From: an uncultured Gemmatimonadales bacterium
GTDB taxonomy: Bacteria > Gemmatimonadota > Gemmatimonadetes > Gemmatimonadales > GWC2-71-9
NCBI GenBank assembly: GCA_963728915.1
Contig: CAVSLV010000004.1
Span: 352,001-416,000 of the forward strand
Length of the DNA stretch: 64,000 nt
Reading direction: 5' to 3'
Numbering within the stretch: the stretch's first letter is position 1; each line of letters starts with the position of its first letter. Both the position numbers and the translations under genes were made by a program. This document shows, one piece after another, positions 60,663 to 64,000 of the stretch. Under the pieces are notes generated by a model, which saw only the letters and a list, made by a program, of their open reading frames with translations, was not told where the DNA came from and ran no database searches.

Positions 60663-61030
60663 ACCGCGGTGGAGTGGGACGGTTGATAGAGACCGAGGTG
60701 GACCCCGCTGGGCAGCGGGAAGGCGGTGAATCGCCCCCAGTCGGCCTTGCCGACTCTGCCGAACGACACCCCTTTGGCCTTGAGCTCTTCCATGGTGCGG
60801 TCCAGGTCATCGCACATCAGATAGAATACCGCCGCGGCCATCGGAATCGGGCCGTGGTTCATGCTGAGCGACTCCGCTTCCGGGTGCACCGCCAGCTCGG
60901 TGGGCGGCGCCCTGAGAATGAGCCATCCGTCGCCCGCGTCCACACCCGAGAACCCCAGGACGTCGCGCAGGAAGGAGCGGTCGGCATCGGCGGCCGTCGT
61001 ATACAGCAGGAAATGCGCGCCTGTGATCAT
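60659..61030 (-). CDS. VOC/glyoxalase family protein
   Basis: MITGAHFLLY, FLRDVLG, ELAVHP, FYLMCDD, WGRFT..LPSG. Confidence 0.88.
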   Translation of the reverse strand: MITGAHFLLYTTAADADRSFLRDVLGFSGVDAGDGWLILRAPPTELAVHPEAESLSMNHGPIPMAAAVFYLMCDDLDRTMEELKAKGVSFGRVGKADWGRFTAFPLPSGVHLGLYQPSHSTAV

Positions 61031-61099
61031 GGTCCCCTCCCAGCGGAGCACCATTTTGGCCTCAGGGTGCGATTCGCGCAACTGCGGTACTTTTTGGGC

Positions 61100-61234
61100 A
61101 TGACCCGGCCACCCGCGCGACCGTCTCGACCTGGCAAACCTGAGCCACGCCTTCCGGCCCGTCCCAAACCAGCGCCGAGAGGATCCCCTCGGCACCCGGT
61201 CCGTTCTCCCACGCCCAATCGCCGCGGCCGGTGA
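61100..61234 (+). CDS. Candidate 44-aa Pro/Arg-rich small ORF coupled to ubiX
   Basis: TACTTT 6 nt upstream of the ATG; stop overlaps the ubiX start (GTGA). Confidence 0.4.
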   Translation: MTRPPARPSRPGKPEPRLPARPKPAPRGSPRHPVRSPTPNRRGR

Positions 61235-61815
61235 GCCCCCTTCCGATCGTCCTCGCGATCACCGGCGCCTCGGGTGCGCCGTACGGTGTCCGCCTTCTCC
61301 AGGTGCTGGCCGGGAACCGGATCCCCACCTGGCTCATGGTCTCGAGCCATGGGTGGCGCCTGCTCGCCGAGGAAAGCGGCATCGCCGATCTCGATGGTCT
61401 TCGTGCCGCGGCCGGACCCGACTGGTCCACGGTGACTCCCTTCGATGATCGTGACCGCGGCGCCAAGCCCGCGAGTGGCTCCCAGCTCACCGCCGGCATG
61501 GTGGTCTGTCCCTGCTCGATGGGCACCGTCTCCGCGATCGCCCAGGGCTCGAGCCGCTCGCTCATCGAGCGCGCGGCCGATGTCACCCTCAAGGAGCGAC
61601 GCAAGCTGATTCTGGTTCCCCGCGAGACCCCGCTCTCCCTGGTCCATCTTCGGAATCTGGTGCAGGTGACCGAAGCCGGCGCCACGATCATTCCCGCCGC
61701 ACCCGGGTTCTATCACAAGCCCACCCGGGTGGAGGAGCTGGTCGACTTCATCGTCCAGCGCATCCTCGATCAGCTTGGCCTTGCCATCGAGCTGGGCCGG
61801 CGCTGGAACGGCTGA
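61231..61815 (+). CDS. ubiX: Flavin prenyltransferase
   Basis: AITGASGAPY, PCSMGT, RAADVTLKERR, RETPL, PGFYH. Confidence 0.95.
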   Translation: MSPLPIVLAITGASGAPYGVRLLQVLAGNRIPTWLMVSSHGWRLLAEESGIADLDGLRAAAGPDWSTVTPFDDRDRGAKPASGSQLTAGMVVCPCSMGTVSAIAQGSSRSLIERAADVTLKERRKLILVPRETPLSLVHLRNLVQVTEAGATIIPAAPGFYHKPTRVEELVDFIVQRILDQLGLAIELGRRWNG

Positions 61816-62294
61816 TGCGCCTGGGCATCATCTCCGACACCCACAATCTGCTGCGGCCCGAGGTCTTCGAGCTCTTCGAGGGCGTCGACCGGATTCTTCA
61901 CGCGGGGGATATCGGCGAACCCGGCATTCTTCAGGAGCTCGAGACCATCGCTCCGGTCACCGCGGTCTGGGGAAACACCGATGATGCTGCGATGCGGGCC
62001 CGGGTGCCCGAGGTGGTGGAGGAGTCCATCGAGGGGTTCGCGTTTCTGCTGGTGCATGGCCATCAGCTCGGTTCGCCGACTCCCGAGGCGCTCAACCAGG
62101 CCTGGCCCAGCGCCGAGGTGATCGTGTTCGGCCACACCCACCGCCCGCTGCTGACGGTGGTGGATCAGGTGGTGACGGTGATGAATCCGGGAGGTGCGGG
62201 GCCGTTTCGCTTCGGATTGCCGGCTTCGGTGGGCATCATGGAGCTGGAGGCGGGAATTCCACCGAGGGCGAGACTGGTGGCGTTGGAGGTCTGA
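61815..62294 (+). CDS. YfcE/MJ0936-type metallophosphoesterase
   Basis: ISDTH, HAGD, GNTD, VHGH, FGHTH, NPG. Confidence 0.9.
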   Translation: MRLGIISDTHNLLRPEVFELFEGVDRILHAGDIGEPGILQELETIAPVTAVWGNTDDAAMRARVPEVVEESIEGFAFLLVHGHQLGSPTPEALNQAWPSAEVIVFGHTHRPLLTVVDQVVTVMNPGGAGPFRFGLPASVGIMELEAGIPPRARLVALEV

Positions 62295-62333
62295 GGTCCC
62301 CTTTACGCGCCCCCCTCACACCTCACACCTCAG
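62285..62333. repeat. Short inverted array GAGGTCT x2 / (CCTCACA)x3 between convergent genes
   Basis: ggaggtctgaggtc ... cctcaca cctcaca cctcaga. Confidence 0.7.
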
Positions 62334-62335
62334 AG

Positions 62336-63076
62336 CTATTCCGTCTCCACCTCGAAAATCCCCCTCGTCGCGCTGGGCCCCACCGGAACCTGAGGCCGCA
62401 GCTCGACGATGGCGTCGGCGGCGTCCTTCCGGTACACGATCACCCGTCGAGCCGCCCTGCGGGCGAGCCGGGTCCAGTAGAATCGCGCCAGGCCCCAGAG
62501 GACGACCGCGGCGGCGACGCCGAGGCCGACCACCCAGAGCGGAGACGCGCCGCTCATGTTCACCCCGGCGGCGACCAGCACCACGATCAGGACCACCCCG
62601 AGTCCCGCCGCGGCGAACGGGCCCAGCTTCCAGTAGTCGAAATCGCCGAAGACCCGGACCATGGTCTCCTCGCTGCGCGGGACCACGGTGATCACCATCT
62701 CGCTGGTGTCCCGGCGGTCGCGCCACTCCAGGCTCCCCGACAGCTCGCTCGCATGTCCTTCCCGACCGGTGAACCTCCGGATCTGCGCGACCAGGTCGGC
62801 AAAGCCCTCCGGCGACAAGGGATGCCCCACCACGGCGGAGGTGCTGAACGAGGAGCTTCGTCCGAAGAGGAACCGCAGGAGCCGGCGTCGGCGGGGAATC
62901 TGGGGGACCACGCTGGCGGCGCGCTCGACCAGCTGGGGCGGGATCCCCAGCTGCTGGGCCACCAGCTGAATGTCTTCGAGGGAATGTCTCGGCTCGTCGG
63001 CTTCCTCGCCCCAGCGAAGCGCCGCCGCCTGGCGAAGGATCTGAGCCATTTCCTGATCGGTGTACAGGGTCGCCAT
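62336..63076 (-). CDS. Hypothetical membrane protein (2 TM) with helical N-terminal domain
   Basis: MATLYTDQEMAQILRQAA...SLEDIQLVAQQLGIPPQLVERAA; TAGGTT 7 nt upstream. Confidence 0.7.
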   Translation of the reverse strand: MATLYTDQEMAQILRQAAALRWGEEADEPRHSLEDIQLVAQQLGIPPQLVERAASVVPQIPRRRRLLRFLFGRSSSFSTSAVVGHPLSPEGFADLVAQIRRFTGREGHASELSGSLEWRDRRDTSEMVITVVPRSEETMVRVFGDFDYWKLGPFAAAGLGVVLIVVLVAAGVNMSGASPLWVVGLGVAAAVVLWGLARFYWTRLARRAARRVIVYRKDAADAIVELRPQVPVGPSATRGIFEVETE

Positions 63077-63092
63077 AAGGAGAAACCTAATA

Positions 63093-63160
63093 GAGTCCGG
63101 GGTCGGGAGTCGGGCCCCCGGAGTCCTCCGGACTTCTGATTCTGGGCTTGTGAGTCCGGA
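63093..63160. repeat. Degenerate inverted heptamer array of GAGTCSG type
   Basis: gagtccg gggtcgg gagtcgg ... ccggacttctgattctgggct; same unit as 9702-9776. Confidence 0.55.
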
Positions 63161-63244
63161 TGCCCTAACGCCGACCGCCATCTGGACGTATTCGATTGTT
63201 GGCTGCAAGCTTAAGCGCTGGCCGATCCCCCCTTTGGAGGCTCC

Positions 63245-64000
63245 ATGAAGGCACCCCTGTTCCGTTCCCTCTGGCTCCTTACGGCGGTTTCCCTGCACGC
63301 GCCGCGGCTCTTGTCGCAGCAGCGGATCGACGAGGAGTACACCAGGAAGATCAAGGAGTACCTGCAGGATTCCCGGATCACGACCGAGCTGGTGGATTAT
63401 CTGCCAGCCTCGAGCACCGTCCCGACCCCGCTCAAGTTTCTGGGCCGAATCGTCGGCACGCCCGGGGAGCTGACCCACGCCAAGGACATCGAGCGCTACT
63501 TCCAGGCCCTCGCCGCGGCTTCGCCCCGGGCCAGAATGTGGAACATCGGCAAGACCGAGGAAGGGCGTGATATCGTTCTCCTCGCCGTCGCCAATGAAGC
63601 CACGATCCGTGACCTGGATCGCTACAAGGGCATGCTGGGCGCCCTCACCGATCCCCGGAAGACCTCGGAGGCCTCGGCCCGGCAGCTGATCCACACCGCG
63701 AAGCCGATCTACTACGCGACCAGCGGGATGCACTCGCCGGAGAATGGCGGGCCGGAGATGCTGATGGAGCTGGCCTACCGCCTGATCGTCGACGAATCCC
63801 CCTTCATCAGGAACATCCGGGACAACGTGATCATGTTCATCACGCCGGTGCTGGAAGTCGATGGGCGGGAGAAGGACGTCGACACCTACTACTTCAACAA
63901 GGCGCGGGCCCAGGGAGACGCCCGGCTCCCCCTCATGTACTGGGGCAAGTACGTCGCTCACGACAACAACCGCGACGGCATGGGGCAGTTTCTCGAGCTG
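63245..64000 (+). CDS. Secreted M14 family zinc carboxypeptidase, 3'-truncated; absent from the ORF track
   Basis: GGAGG SD, signal peptide, IGKTEEGR, SGMHSPE (HxxE), HDNNRDG; frame open to the window end. Confidence 0.85.
   Translation, partial: MKAPLFRSLWLLTAVSLHAPRLLSQQRIDEEYTRKIKEYLQDSRITTELVDYLPASSTVPTPLKFLGRIVGTPGELTHAKDIERYFQALAAASPRARMWNIGKTEEGRDIVLLAVANEATIRDLDRYKGMLGALTDPRKTSEASARQLIHTAKPIYYATSGMHSPENGGPEMLMELAYRLIVDESPFIRNIRDNVIMFITPVLEVDGREKDVDTYYFNKARAQGDARLPLMYWGKYVAHDNNRDGMGQFLEL

Overview
High-GC bacterial chromosomal window with about 60 tightly packed CDSs. It is probably Gemmatimonadota, inferred from the characteristic Ser/Thr kinase N-terminus and the gene repertoire rather than from a marker gene. 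Core content: cstA-ybdD, an isocitrate/isopropylmalate dehydrogenase, acyl-CoA dehydrogenase-etfB-etfA plus ETF-QO, a PTPS/queD-like-fdhD-mobA-mobB-moeA operon, gpmI, guaB, nrnA-nifU-mrp, an ECF sigma/ZAS anti-sigma operon and late menaquinone genes (ubiE/menG, ubiD, ubiA, ubiX). There are also many secreted hydrolases and signalling proteins. I found no tRNA, rRNA, CRISPR array, transposase or phage gene. About 25 frameshifts lie in the first 43 kb and none were seen after it, which points to assembly error. Signals the gene list does not explain: (1) about 13 arrays of 7/8-mer tandem repeats, often as inverted pairs, at gene junctions and inside CDSs; (2) pervasive leaderless promoter architecture (TANNNT 5-8 nt before the start codon), including a back-to-back divergent pair and an unannotated Pro/Arg-rich small ORF; (3) an FHA-PrsW fusion that could link Ser/Thr signalling to the SigW-like operon; (4) enzymes with altered metal ligands (Cys-free Mrp, PTPS variant, 3-Cys ETF-QO). 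No novel system is proven; these are hypotheses.
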